A DNA stretch of 64,000 bases from an uncultured Parachlamydiaceae bacterium. GTDB lineage: Bacteria > Chlamydiota > Chlamydiia > Chlamydiales > Parachlamydiaceae. The notes below the pieces were generated by a model. It was not told where the DNA came from, made no database searches, and saw nothing but the letters and a program-made list of their open reading frames with translations. The stretch spans positions 352,001 through 416,000 of the forward strand of contig CAVULX010000003.1 in NCBI GenBank assembly GCA_963742415.1, in the 5' to 3' direction. Made by a program: the position numbers and the translations under genes. This document shows positions 18,662 through 29,376 of the stretch, in pieces. The stretch's first letter is position 1. Each line of letters begins with the position of its first letter.

Positions 18662-20929
18662 TCATTGTCCTAGAGAAAGGGCCAAAAAGGGGCTGCTAAC
18701 TTTGGTGATCTTGGCCAGATCATCTCGAGAAAAGCCATTGTCAAAGGCGTCAAATTTCCTCAAATTGTTGTTGTTTCTAAGCATTTCAATTAGGGGTTCG
18801 ACGACTTCTCCTCCTAAAAAGTTAGCTGATAGGCAAAATTCAGTAATGGAATGATTTTTTCCAACAGCTTGAATCATTTGAACTCCCCAATCAGCGCCCA
18901 TATCGCAAGCGTCCAGGTCTAATTTTTCCAAAGAGGCCTCATGAAGAAATTGCACAAACTTACCCCAACCGTCTGAAATCTTCTTATTACCACTTAAATC
19001 TAAATTTTTTACTGTATGATTCTTTTTGAGCGATTCGATGAGAATTTCCAAGGTGTTATCCTTTAGCCCGCAGTCATACAAGTATAAATTTTCTATACTT
19101 TTATTTTCTTCCAATAATTGCCCTACGGAGATCACTGCCTCTTTTTTTAATCTAATGCCCGAAAGATTAAGTGTTTCTAGGTCGAGCTTGCATAGTTCTT
19201 GGATTAAAGCCGTATCCAAATTATAAAGACGAGCAAAGTTGACTTCTTTTAACGCTGGATGATTTTTGATCGCAGCAATAATTTCGCCAATCTTTTCCTT
19301 AGAAAGCTGATAATTTCTATTTAAAGTTATAGATGTTAAAGCTCTATTTTTTTCTATCATTGCAGCCACGTTCGTTTTTTCAAGCTTATTATGATCAAGA
19401 TTTAAGTGTTGCAGACTTTGGTTTTCTTCGAGAGCCTCGAGAAGAGGGGCAAGTTCTTCGTCAGTTGCATGATTAAAAGAAAAGTCCAGGTTTTCTAAAG
19501 ATTCATTTTTTTTCAGAGCTTGTCCCAAAGCCTCTAAACCCTTTGTTAACATATCTGGCCGGTGGGGATGGTCGGGATAACACTTGCTCAAATTGAGCTC
19601 TTTTATGAATTTATTGTGTTCAACAATGCTTGCAATTTGGATGAGCTCGGTTTCCCCCCTATAAGAATTGCAGCTTAAGTTTAAATTGATAACAGCTTGA
19701 TTTTTATGACTGAGAACTACTGCCAGAGCCTTCGTCCCATTTTGATTAAAATTAAAATTTTCAAGCGTTACTGTTTTGATTGTTTTGTTGCCGTCAAAAG
19801 CATTTGCGAACGCTTGGCTTTGATCGTCATCCCAATTTATGCCAACATCATTACAAAGGCCTAACTCGGATAACGATGTATTGTTTTCGATCATCTTGAT
19901 CACCTTGCAGGCGTCCAAGGGGAGACCATTATTGTAGAAGTCCATGACAAGCCGGCTTTTTTCTAAAATCGCGTGCAAACATTCAATTACATGGGAATTT
20001 TCCGGTTTTATATCATAAACGAACAGTTTTACACCTTGTACACACCACCACCTAGGGGAAATCAAAATATCTTTGATAATTTGCACCGCTTCAGGATCGG
20101 AATTGTAATTGGGATTGATTAAAAAAACGGGAACTTCTTGGTCAATGTAGAGTGAGAGACATTCTAAGCTTTTGGCTATGTTTATAGCAGGGGGAAATTC
20201 AAAAGCTCTTATATCAAAAATGGACCAAGTAATAATAAGAAGGTCTAAAATTTTATGTTGATCTGCGATAGCCGCAACTTCCTCAAGGAAAGATTTGGAA
20301 AAAGTCAGTTTATTTTTTATTAAATATTCTAAGCAAAACGCGGCTAATTTTTTGTCTTTGTATTCCCCCGCAATTTTTAAGCATATGAGAAATAAACGTG
20401 TGTCTACATAGGTTGTTAGATAGGTCAAGCATGCGCCTTTTAAGGCTGGAGAGGGGATTTGCAGTGAAGTTCGTAGTAGCTGTTCAAAATTATCAGAGTT
20501 AACGGAGAAAATTGATTTGGGCGGTTGAGGCGAATTCGAAGAAATTCGAAATGGTATAGTACAAGCTTTTTCCCACCCTTCTGGGTGTAGCTCAAAAAAT
20601 TTTTTATCTATTTTTGGGCAATTACTTAGCTCAACTACTTTAAGCTTTTTTCCTTTGAGAATTATATTTAAATTCTCTTTTGTTAAATCCGGACAATCTG
20701 AAAAAGTTATCTTTAAAAGCTTCGGACAAATGGAAATGAATCGAGCATCTTTAAAGTCGATTTTGCTTGCTCTGATGTTCAAGATTTGAAATGGGCGTCC
20801 CTGAGAAAAAATAATTTTGGTAAGATTGTCAGAGTTTTCAATATATAAAGAATTGTACACTCGAGCACCATGTTTTGAAGTTGCTTGCATAGTGTTTTCC
20901 TTTTTTACATTGGTTTGTTCTTTCTTCAA
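18662..20929 (-). CDS. Leucine-rich repeat protein (ribonuclease-inhibitor-like) with BTB/BACK-like helical segment; putative effector
   Basis: Repeated LxxLxLxxN units (L..NxSLxxLxL); BACK-like segment NSDNFEQLL...ALKGACLTYL. The true start may be the ATG at 20890. Confidence 0.85.
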   Translation of the reverse strand: MKKEQTNVKKENTMQATSKHGARVYNSLYIENSDNLTKIIFSQGRPFQILNIRASKIDFKDARFISICPKLLKITFSDCPDLTKENLNIILKGKKLKVVELSNCPKIDKKFFELHPEGWEKACTIPFRISSNSPQPPKSIFSVNSDNFEQLLRTSLQIPSPALKGACLTYLTTYVDTRLFLICLKIAGEYKDKKLAAFCLEYLIKNKLTFSKSFLEEVAAIADQHKILDLLIITWSIFDIRAFEFPPAINIAKSLECLSLYIDQEVPVFLINPNYNSDPEAVQIIKDILISPRWWCVQGVKLFVYDIKPENSHVIECLHAILEKSRLVMDFYNNGLPLDACKVIKMIENNTSLSELGLCNDVGINWDDDQSQAFANAFDGNKTIKTVTLENFNFNQNGTKALAVVLSHKNQAVINLNLSCNSYRGETELIQIASIVEHNKFIKELNLSKCYPDHPHRPDMLTKGLEALGQALKKNESLENLDFSFNHATDEELAPLLEALEENQSLQHLNLDHNKLEKTNVAAMIEKNRALTSITLNRNYQLSKEKIGEIIAAIKNHPALKEVNFARLYNLDTALIQELCKLDLETLNLSGIRLKKEAVISVGQLLEENKSIENLYLYDCGLKDNTLEILIESLKKNHTVKNLDLSGNKKISDGWGKFVQFLHEASLEKLDLDACDMGADWGVQMIQAVGKNHSITEFCLSANFLGGEVVEPLIEMLRNNNNLRKFDAFDNGFSRDDLAKITKVSSPFLALSLGQ

Positions 20930-20947
20930 TGTATACTTAAGATAAAG

Positions 20948-21952
20948 CTAATTATCCAAGACTTCTTTTAGTTCCTTTTTTAGTTGATCGGCAGCCGCTT
21001 TAACCTCTTCAGTAGGCAAAGCGCGGCCCCAAAACATATTTTTTATAATCGACCAAAAGGTGGTGCTGTCGGGCGTGGAGATTTTTTCAACAAGAATATG
21101 GCGATGAAAATGATCCACTGTGAGGCCTGCGGTGTCCCCTGTCTTGTCAAACAAATGTAATTTACAATCTTTATTAAGATAATACAAGGAAACCTTTCTA
21201 GCCATTTGAGCCATCTCAATCCCCTCTTCAGCTGTTAATTCATGAAAACCCACTCGATGCTCTTTAGGGATGATCAGCAAATCATTTTTGATTTGCCCTA
21301 TCTGTCTGATATTATAAAAAAGCATGACATGTTCCCCTTCGGCAACAAGCTGCTTTTTTTTGTTTTCATCTTTACAAAAAGGGCATTTAGCTTTCTCTTC
21401 GTCAGAAATTTTTCTTTCCTTTTTATTTTCTAAGATGGTTTCAGAATTTTGCAGAGGGGTTGCATAATTTTTTTTTAGTTCTTCCACTTGAGCTTGAGTG
21501 ACCTCTTTGCCGCCAAAGCGAAGACGAACCAAAACTCGAATTTGTTGAATCATCTTCGTGATCGGCTGCAAAAGCCAATGTTCAGGAGTGTAGGGAACAG
21601 CATGGATGGTTTGTTTGAAAAATTTATCTTCCAATCGGGAGTAGAACATATAATGATAGCCATCGTCATGCAATTTTTGAGCAATCGCATTTTGCTTTTC
21701 GAAACATATTTTATCTATCTCTATTGAGTCCTTGGTTTTAAATAAAGTCGAAGTAGGATTCGGAATTCTAATCGCTAATGATCCCCTGGCATATCGCTTG
21801 TCAGGAACAAGTACCGTCACGGATTTGTCAACAGTTTGATATAGCACTGATTTGTCAATAGTTTGATATAGGATCAGACCTTTTTCAGGATTTTTTTGAT
21901 GATACCAACGGGAAAGAGAATCTAAAGGATGATAAATGTCAAATGCGGTCAT
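20948..21952 (-). CDS. HIT-family protein with a long N-terminal extension
   Basis: CPFC, LIIPKEHR and AGLTVDHFHRH histidine triad. Start placed at MTAFDIY. Confidence 0.8.
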   Translation of the reverse strand: MTAFDIYHPLDSLSRWYHQKNPEKGLILYQTIDKSVLYQTVDKSVTVLVPDKRYARGSLAIRIPNPTSTLFKTKDSIEIDKICFEKQNAIAQKLHDDGYHYMFYSRLEDKFFKQTIHAVPYTPEHWLLQPITKMIQQIRVLVRLRFGGKEVTQAQVEELKKNYATPLQNSETILENKKERKISDEEKAKCPFCKDENKKKQLVAEGEHVMLFYNIRQIGQIKNDLLIIPKEHRVGFHELTAEEGIEMAQMARKVSLYYLNKDCKLHLFDKTGDTAGLTVDHFHRHILVEKISTPDSTTFWSIIKNMFWGRALPTEEVKAAADQLKKELKEVLDN

Positions 21953-22038
21953 AAAAATTCCCGTTGTTGCTATTATTAAGATTGTTCGTAACAAAAACAG
22001 TTTTCCCATTAAACCGAACGTATACAATAAACTTTATT

Positions 22039-23016
22039 TTATTGAGAGTTGTTTTCTTCGACCACCACAGGGGCTCGCACCACTTCCGGAACATCTTTGA
22101 AAAGATGGATGCTTGCGTAAATCCCTCCGATAATGATAGCGATCCCTGCAAATTCGATAGCTATAGGCATTCTTTGTTCAACTAAGTACACAAAAATCAA
22201 GCCAAACATCGTTTCAAAAATTGTCAACTGACCTGCAAATGAAACAGGCAATAAGCAGCTTCCTTTGTTCCAAAGATAAAAAGCAAACCAGGAACAGAGC
22301 GATCCTAAAACCAGGCTTCCCGTCAAAAATACTTGCAGCTCAGGGGTCCAAATAATAAATTTGTTAAACTGATGTTCGGGGACGAAAAAGAAGGCAATGG
22401 AGACAAAGAAGGCCACCCAAGCCAAAGTGGCTATGCCTATAACGCTACACCAATCGCACGGATCGAGGGAGCCATCTTCCTGTAAAAGGCGTCCATTGGC
22501 TACTGCATACACTGTCCATGTTCCCAAAGCATAAAAGGCGAAAAGCAGCCCGATCGAATAATAAAAAAGGGAACCTTCAAGAGCGCTCTGTTCCAACGCC
22601 GGAATATTGGCCAAGATTAAGCCAATACCCATGGCTAGGCAGGGCCATAAGAGGTCGATATAACTACATTGCCGCTGTTTCCAATTTCCATAAAAAGCTA
22701 TGGAGATTGGACTCATCCCTAAGATTAAGGCGGCAATAGCGGGATTAGCATACCGCATGGATATTACAATTGCTGGATAACACCCTACATTGGCCAGAAA
22801 TCCAAATAAAAACGCCTGTTTCCAATGTTTTTTCTTCAACTTAAACAAAGCTTGACGACGAAAGAAAAGCATATAAAAGACGGAAACAATTCCATAGCAA
22901 ACATACCGCCCTAAAGAAACTTCGAGCGGATTAAAGGCCGGCATAAACCCGGGGATGACATAGATTAATCCCCAGATAAAACAAGCCGCAATAACGATGG
23001 CTACCCCTCTAAACAC
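22039..23016 (-). CDS. DMT/EamA family transporter
   Basis: About ten hydrophobic segments; WGLIY...GRY and LWN...LP...GQLTIFET motifs. Confidence 0.88.
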   Translation of the reverse strand: MFRGVAIVIAACFIWGLIYVIPGFMPAFNPLEVSLGRYVCYGIVSVFYMLFFRRQALFKLKKKHWKQAFLFGFLANVGCYPAIVISMRYANPAIAALILGMSPISIAFYGNWKQRQCSYIDLLWPCLAMGIGLILANIPALEQSALEGSLFYYSIGLLFAFYALGTWTVYAVANGRLLQEDGSLDPCDWCSVIGIATLAWVAFFVSIAFFFVPEHQFNKFIIWTPELQVFLTGSLVLGSLCSWFAFYLWNKGSCLLPVSFAGQLTIFETMFGLIFVYLVEQRMPIAIEFAGIAIIIGGIYASIHLFKDVPEVVRAPVVVEENNSQ

Positions 23017-23104
23017 TTATTTCCTTTCTTTATTTAATTAAATTAATAATTATTGTAATTTCAAATTGATTAGAAGTCAATTAATTAAGAACAAGGAAAT
23101 ATAT

Positions 23105-24178
23105 ATGCTAACTACGAGCGCTATTCAGGAACATCTGGGCGAGGAAGCTGAGGAACTTCTTAGTTACACATGCAAAGACATTTCTAAAGATCAGTTATAT
23201 CTGCCTGGTCCGGATTGGTTGGATCGGATCTTAACTTTTTCCGACCGCAATATCCGCGTCATTAGAAACCTACAAGCCTTATTTAGCCATGGACGTCTAG
23301 GAGGAACTGGGTATCTTTCAATCCTTCCGGTCGATCAAGGCATTGAACACTCAGCGGGGGCCTCATTTGCTCCAAATCCAATGTACTTTGACCCTGAAAA
23401 CATCGTCAAACTAGCCCTTGAAGCAGGCTGCAACGGTGTCGCTTCCACATTGGGCGTTCTAGGAAATGTCGCTCGCAAGTATAGCCATAAGATCCCATTC
23501 ATCTTAAAAATTAACCACAATGAACTCCTTTCTTATCCCAACCATTTCGATCAAATCCTTTTCGCTGATGTGCAACAAGCCTATGATATGGGAGCGGCAG
23601 CTGTAGGAGCCACGATCTACTTTGGTTCTCCGGAAAGCGATCGGCAAATCCAAGAGATCTCCCATGCTTTTCATGTTGCCCACGATTTAGGGATGGCGAC
23701 AATTCTGTGGTGTTACCTGAGAAATCCTGCTTTTAAGGTAGATAATGTGGATTATCATGAAAGCGCTGACCTGACAGGACAAGCCAACCACTTAGGAGCT
23801 ACCATTGGAGCCGATATTGTGAAGCAAAAGCTTCCAGTCAACAATGGAGGGTACAAAGCTTTGAATAAAGAGAAAAAAGGGTATGGGAAGTATAGCGACC
23901 TAATGTACACAAAATTGTGTACAGATAATCCTATCGATCTTTGCCGTTATCAAGTTTTGAATGGTTACAATGGGCGGGTAGGGTTAATCAATTCCGGCGG
24001 CGCTTCAGGCAAAAACGACCTCGCTGATGCCATTAAAACTGCTGTCATCAATAAAAGAGCCGGCGGCATGGGGTTGATTAGCGGACGAAAAACCTTTCAA
24101 CGCCCTATGAAAGAAGGGATTGAATTATTCCATGCCATCCAAGATGTCTATCTGAATAAAGCAATCACGGTTGCTTAA
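23105..24178 (+). CDS. fbaB: Class I fructose-bisphosphate aldolase (DhnA/FbaB)
   Basis: [48 protein letters not shown] before the ATG at 23105. Confidence 0.95.
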   Translation: MLTTSAIQEHLGEEAEELLSYTCKDISKDQLYLPGPDWLDRILTFSDRNIRVIRNLQALFSHGRLGGTGYLSILPVDQGIEHSAGASFAPNPMYFDPENIVKLALEAGCNGVASTLGVLGNVARKYSHKIPFILKINHNELLSYPNHFDQILFADVQQAYDMGAAAVGATIYFGSPESDRQIQEISHAFHVAHDLGMATILWCYLRNPAFKVDNVDYHESADLTGQANHLGATIGADIVKQKLPVNNGGYKALNKEKKGYGKYSDLMYTKLCTDNPIDLCRYQVLNGYNGRVGLINSGGASGKNDLADAIKTAVINKRAGGMGLISGRKTFQRPMKEGIELFHAIQDVYLNKAITVA

Positions 24179-24187
24179 AGAGAATTT

Positions 24188-25495
24188 TTAAAACTGTTTT
24201 CCCTCTTCAGAATACTCTGGAATCAGATATTTTTGCCGGAGGATTTTGAATTCCTCCCTTTCCTTTTGATGCAGGGTTCTGAGAGGCCAAACAATGTGGG
24301 GAGTATCTTTGATAATCTGGTAAACTTCATCCGTTCCATTGACCTTGGAAAAGATCTCCCGCTTGTTTGCCGCTGCCAATAAAGCCTGTTTGAATTCTTT
24401 GGGATAAAGGCTTTTGAGAATCCCTATCATCATGTATTGAGTTGTAACAGGAAGATAGACTTTTGGATTTGTGATGACAATCAAAACCCCATGGCAATCT
24501 TCCTGGGCAAATTTTCCATAAAAAGGGCGGTAATGAAATGGTTCGAAGTGCACACCTGGATATTTCTGCTTGTTCAGCATAGCTGCGAATTTTTCGGCAT
24601 CGATCCACGGGGCGCCCACAAGCTTGAATGGGAGGGTGTAGCCAACCCCTATGTTGACCAGGGTCAGCTCCCCAAAAAACCCTGTGGAGGGGTAAAATAG
24701 GGCTGTATTAGCCTCAGGAATGTTCGGGCTGGGGGGGATCCAAGCCAAACCCGTATCATGAAAACCCATGCGCCTGACCCATCCTTGCATCGGGACAACC
24801 GTCAGCTTGCAACCTACTTTATATTCTCCGTTAAAAAATTGAGCCAATTCACCGACTGTCATCCCATGGCAATAAGGCACATTGATATACCCTAAGAAAG
24901 ACCTCCACTCCTCTTTAAGCATAGGTCCGTCGATCGTAAACCCATTGATCGGATTTGGCCGGTCGAGAACGACAACAGGGATATTTCTCTTAGCGGCTTC
25001 CTCCATGACATAAAATAATGTGGTCACATAGGTGTAGGCCCTTGAGCCGATGTCTTGAATATCATAAATCAGCAAATCGACATTTTTGAGCATCTCATCC
25101 GTCGGCCGCTTTGTTTGCCCATGCAAGCTATAGATAGGGATCCCATCGGCATGGATTTGGTCCGGCACCTCTTTGGCAGCATAGAGATCCCCCTTGATTC
25201 CATGTTCCGGAGCAAAAAGGGCCACGATTTTATATCCTTTTCCCGTTGCATTTTTTTTGAGAATTTCGATGGTCGATCTCATGTCGCTTGTAACCGCAGT
25301 TTGATTGGTGACTAAGCCAATTTTTTTTCCACGGAGCAAAGGAGCGTATTCCTCTGTGAATAATTGTTCGCTCCCTACTTTTACTTTGAAGGCTCCCGCC
25401 TGGAGGGACGTTGAGCTTATAAAATAAAAAAAAATTAAAAATTGAATAAAAAATTGAAATTCGGAGTGTCTATTTCTCAAAATTGCGTTATTCAT
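24188..25495 (-). CDS. DUF1343/NamZ-like exo-beta-N-acetylmuramidase
   Basis: GLVTNQT, LFAPEHG, DIQDIGSRAYTY, VLDRPNP, HGMTVGELA. Confidence 0.9.
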   Translation of the reverse strand: MNNAILRNRHSEFQFFIQFLIFFYFISSTSLQAGAFKVKVGSEQLFTEEYAPLLRGKKIGLVTNQTAVTSDMRSTIEILKKNATGKGYKIVALFAPEHGIKGDLYAAKEVPDQIHADGIPIYSLHGQTKRPTDEMLKNVDLLIYDIQDIGSRAYTYVTTLFYVMEEAAKRNIPVVVLDRPNPINGFTIDGPMLKEEWRSFLGYINVPYCHGMTVGELAQFFNGEYKVGCKLTVVPMQGWVRRMGFHDTGLAWIPPSPNIPEANTALFYPSTGFFGELTLVNIGVGYTLPFKLVGAPWIDAEKFAAMLNKQKYPGVHFEPFHYRPFYGKFAQEDCHGVLIVITNPKVYLPVTTQYMMIGILKSLYPKEFKQALLAAANKREIFSKVNGTDEVYQIIKDTPHIVWPLRTLHQKEREEFKILRQKYLIPEYSEEGKQF

Positions 25496-25516
25496 AAAAA
25501 TGGAATTTTTTTATTT

Positions 25517-25590
25517 AAACCCCAGAGACACAGGGACTAAGAGAAAGAAAAACGATGTGATTTCACTGTGCCTTTGTGTCTCTGTGGTTT
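25517..25590. repeat. REP-like inverted repeat (AAACCCCAGAGACACAGGG...CCTTTGTGTCTCTGTGGTTT)
   Basis: Imperfect arms of about 19 bp in the divergent intergenic region. Confidence 0.65.
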
Positions 25591-25677
25591 TCCTTGATGT
25601 AAATTAGAGAGATGCAATCTTTTTGTAAAGAATAGTTTATGTTATAAGCTAAAGTTTGGGACAAAGGGAGGATTTAA

Positions 25678-28600
25678 GTGATGACACAAAAAAAATATTG
25701 TGAGGAAGCAAAAATCCTCGTTGATTCTGTGCGCGGGAAGACTTTATCTCCGGAAGAGAGGTGCCAAACAGCGATTGCACTAGCCGCCTTGATCATGCGA
25801 GAGTCGCTTGAAATCCAAACGCATGCGGAGAGAATTCACCAAAATAAACTCAACCAGCTTATCGGGGACATTAAAGGTAAAGTCTTTACAGCATCTTTTA
25901 CCGATTGTTGCTTTCGAAGCCGCAGCTACATCCGCACAGCTGATCAATTGATTTATATTATCAAAAAGTTTGGGATTCCCCCCTTTTTGTCTTGGTACGA
26001 TAAATTAGCGATGACAATTTTTAAAATATTAGGAAAAACCTTAGGGGCTCCTTTCATCCCTTTTATACAAAACCTCATCAGAAAAGAAACTTCGCAGGTC
26101 ATTTTGTCCACAGAAACAGAAAAGCTCTCTAAACACCTCGAAGAACGTCGCTTGGATAATATCACCGTCAACTTAAATGAATTGGGTGAAGCGATTTTAG
26201 GGGAAGAGGAAGCTGAAGAAAAGCTTCGTGTTTATTTAAAAGACCTCTCCAATTCGGAAATAGAATACATTTCGATAAAGATATCCACCCTCTATAGCCA
26301 AATTAACCTTACGGCTCCAAGCGATACCCTTGAAAGGGTGTCAAATCGGTTGCGCCGGTTGTATAGAGCCGCTAGAGAAAACAGTTGTACCAGTGCTTCG
26401 GGAGAAAAAAAACAGAAGTTCGTCAACCTCGACATGGAGGAGTATAAAGATCTCCAATTAACTCTTGATCTATTTAAGCAAGTTCTCAGCGAACCTGAGT
26501 TCCATCAACTATCAGCAGGCATCGTCTTGCAAAGCTATCTTCCCAATTCATACCCCATCCAACAAGATTTAACAGCCTGGGCTTTACAGAGGGTCCAGCA
26601 AGGGGGAGCTCCTATAAAGATCCGCCTGGTCAAAGGGGCCAATTTAGCCATGGAACAGATCGAAGCTTCCTTACATGGCTGGCCGCAAGCCCCTTTTGCA
26701 AATAAGGTCGATGTGGATGCAAATTTCAAGAAAATGTTGGCTTATGGATCCATCCCTGAACACGCCCGCGCCGTACATTTGGGAATTGGCAGCCATAATC
26801 TTTTCGATATTTCCTACGCCCTTCTGCTTCGATCTGAGAATCAAATTGAAGACTTTGTGGAATTTGAAATGCTGGAAGGGATGGCTGACCCGATGCGCCG
26901 CGCGCTGCAAAAGCTCGTTGGAAAAATGTTGCTTTATTGCCCGATCGCTTCCCCTGAAGGATTTCAATATGCGGTTGCCTATCTTTCCAGACGTTTGGAT
27001 GAGAATACGGCTTCCGATAATTTCCTTCGCTATGCCTTTTCATTGATTCCCGAAAGTGATGAATGGCATAAACAAGCTCTGATTTTCGCAATGTCTTGTG
27101 ATGAAATGAACAAAGTAAAAAATGAAATCCGTCGAGTTCAAAACCGTTTTGAAAGTCCGCTTGCTTTAGAAGAGTGCGCACTTTTCGATAATGAACCCGA
27201 TACGGATTGGTCGCTGATTCAAAATAATCTTTGGGGAACAGAGATTTTAGAAACATGGAAAAATAGGCAGCACGAGACCATCCCTCTCGTCGTTCAAGGG
27301 GAAAATATTTTTAATTCTGGTTCTGAAGACATTGGGCGAGATCCCTCTTTTCCTGAAAAAGGCCTATACCGCTACACTTTGGCAACAATCAAGGAGATTG
27401 AAAAGGCCATTTCAGGAGCACAAAAAGCCTTTCAAACCTGGTCTAAAACATCAATAGGGGAACGCTCAAACAAACTGAGAGCCACGGCCCAAGCCTTGCG
27501 CTGCAATCGGGCTTCTTTAATTGGGGCTATGGTCGCCGATGTTGGGAAAACACTATCTGAAGCTGATTCAGAAGTCTCCGAAGCCATCGACTTTGCAGAA
27601 TACTATAGCCGCAATTTAGATGAACTTCAAGGGTTGCAAGATATCCGATGGCATTCCAAAGGGGTTGTCCTCGTTGCTCCACCATGGAATTTTCCGTGCT
27701 CTATCCCTGCTGGAGGTATTTTAGCGGCACTAGCCGCAGGCAACAGCGTCATTTTTAAACCGGCGCCTGAAGCTGTACTGGTTGGCTGGCATCTCGTCCA
27801 AGCTTTATGGGAAGCTGGCATTGGCAAAGATGTTTTGCAGTTTGTGGCTTGTGAAGATGAACCCGTCGGGAGCGCTCTCATCACAGATCCCAGGATCAAT
27901 TGCATCGTTTTGACTGGGGGAACAGCCACAGCTCAAGCCTTTATGAAAATGCGTCCCGGATTAGATTTATTAGCCGAAACCGGCGGCAAAAATTCGATGA
28001 TCGTAACAGCTATGTCTGATCGGGACCTCGCGATCAAAGATACTGTACAATCTGCCTTCGGCTATGCCGGCCAAAAATGCAGCGCTTGCAGTTTATTGAT
28101 CTTAGAAAAAGAAGTTTATGACGATCCTAAATTCATGAAATCCTTGAAAGATGCTGCCGCAAGTTTACATGTGGGAAGTCCATGGGATCCAAACACAAAA
28201 ATCAACCCTTTAATACGCCTGCCAAATCCTGCTCTCGAAAAAAGCATCGGAACTTTGGAAGAGGGGGAATCATGGTTAGTCGAACCAAGGCCAGATCCAC
28301 GCAATCCTCAATTGTGGAGCCCTGGAATTAAGCTTGGAGTTAAACAGGGAAACTTCACTTATCAGAACGAGCTTTTTGGTCCTGTATTGGGTGTCATGCG
28401 CGCTAACAACTTAGAGCATGCGGTTCAGCTTGCGAACGGCACCCCCTATGGTTTGACAGCGGGGTTGCATTCACTGGACGAGCGGGAGCATAAGTATTGG
28501 ATGGAGCGTATTCAAGCAGGCAATTGTTACATCAACCGAGGCATCACGGGTGCCATTGTGCAGAGGCAGCCTTTTGGAGGGTGCAAAAAAAGCAATTTTG

Positions 28601-29352
28601 GCCCAGGAGCCAAAGCGGGTGGACCGAATTACCTCATGCAATTGATGCGCGCCGAGCAAATAGCCTTGCCTACGGATTTGGAGGCGTTGGCTCCAGACCT
28701 GCAAATGTTGAATAGTTATTTTGAAAAGAGAAATGATAATTCAAAAAATCTGAGCCTCTGGAAGTCTAGTGTGGGAAGCTATGCTTTTTATTGGAAACAT
28801 TATTTTCAAAAAAATCACGATCCTAGCTGTCTTTTGGGGCAAGATAATCTATTTCATTATACCCCTTATGCCCAGCAAACGCTCCGCATTCAAGAGCAAG
28901 ATCAAAGGATCGATGTCTTTCGCGCCATTGCCGCTGCAGCTACATGCGGATCTGCTTTAGAAATCAGTTGTTCTCCTGAAAAAATAAAAAATTGGGTCGA
29001 TGGAGACTGGAGAACAAAATTTCCCAAAATCACATTTCAAGCCGAATCGGAAAAACAATTTTGTGAAAGAGTTTCCAAAGGGAAAATATTGAGGATCCGC
29101 ACCCTTTCCGAGCCTACAAATGCCGCAACAAATGTTGCGGCTGAGGCTGGGGTGACTTTGATCCATGCACCCGTCTTTGCCAATGGGCGCTTGGAACTCT
29201 TACATTATTTGCGGGAAGTGTGCTTTAGCATTGACTACCACCGGTATGGCTACTTGGGAATCCGCGAAGGGGAAAAACGGAAACCTCTCCCCGAGCCACA
29301 CAAAGCTAAACTCTCTCAAGAATGCGGCCAACTCCAATGCTGCAAGGCTTAA
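25678..29352 (+). CDS. putA: Bifunctional proline dehydrogenase / P5C dehydrogenase
   Basis: NLDMEEY, IRLVKGAN, RRLDEN (PRODH); PWNFP, AETGGKN, GQKCSACS, ELFGPVL (ALDH). Confidence 0.95.
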   Translation: MMTQKKYCEEAKILVDSVRGKTLSPEERCQTAIALAALIMRESLEIQTHAERIHQNKLNQLIGDIKGKVFTASFTDCCFRSRSYIRTADQLIYIIKKFGIPPFLSWYDKLAMTIFKILGKTLGAPFIPFIQNLIRKETSQVILSTETEKLSKHLEERRLDNITVNLNELGEAILGEEEAEEKLRVYLKDLSNSEIEYISIKISTLYSQINLTAPSDTLERVSNRLRRLYRAARENSCTSASGEKKQKFVNLDMEEYKDLQLTLDLFKQVLSEPEFHQLSAGIVLQSYLPNSYPIQQDLTAWALQRVQQGGAPIKIRLVKGANLAMEQIEASLHGWPQAPFANKVDVDANFKKMLAYGSIPEHARAVHLGIGSHNLFDISYALLLRSENQIEDFVEFEMLEGMADPMRRALQKLVGKMLLYCPIASPEGFQYAVAYLSRRLDENTASDNFLRYAFSLIPESDEWHKQALIFAMSCDEMNKVKNEIRRVQNRFESPLALEECALFDNEPDTDWSLIQNNLWGTEILETWKNRQHETIPLVVQGENIFNSGSEDIGRDPSFPEKGLYRYTLATIKEIEKAISGAQKAFQTWSKTSIGERSNKLRATAQALRCNRASLIGAMVADVGKTLSEADSEVSEAIDFAEYYSRNLDELQGLQDIRWHSKGVVLVAPPWNFPCSIPAGGILAALAAGNSVIFKPAPEAVLVGWHLVQALWEAGIGKDVLQFVACEDEPVGSALITDPRINCIVLTGGTATAQAFMKMRPGLDLLAETGGKNSMIVTAMSDRDLAIKDTVQSAFGYAGQKCSACSLLILEKEVYDDPKFMKSLKDAAASLHVGSPWDPNTKINPLIRLPNPALEKSIGTLEEGESWLVEPRPDPRNPQLWSPGIKLGVKQGNFTYQNELFGPVLGVMRANNLEHAVQLANGTPYGLTAGLHSLDEREHKYWMERIQAGNCYINRGITGAIVQRQPFGGCKKSNFGPGAKAGGPNYLMQLMRAEQIALPTDLEALAPDLQMLNSYFEKRNDNSKNLSLWKSSVGSYAFYWKHYFQKNHDPSCLLGQDNLFHYTPYAQQTLRIQEQDQRIDVFRAIAAAATCGSALEISCSPEKIKNWVDGDWRTKFPKITFQAESEKQFCERVSKGKILRIRTLSEPTNAATNVAAEAGVTLIHAPVFANGRLELLHYLREVCFSIDYHRYGYLGIREGEKRKPLPEPHKAKLSQECGQLQCCKA

Positions 29353-29376
29353 TGTAACTGTCAAATCAAGACGTCC

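Noticed and set aside
29335-29352. PutA ends in CCKA, superficially CaaX-like
   Set aside because: Cytoplasmic metabolic enzyme; Lys at the a2 position is unfavourable.
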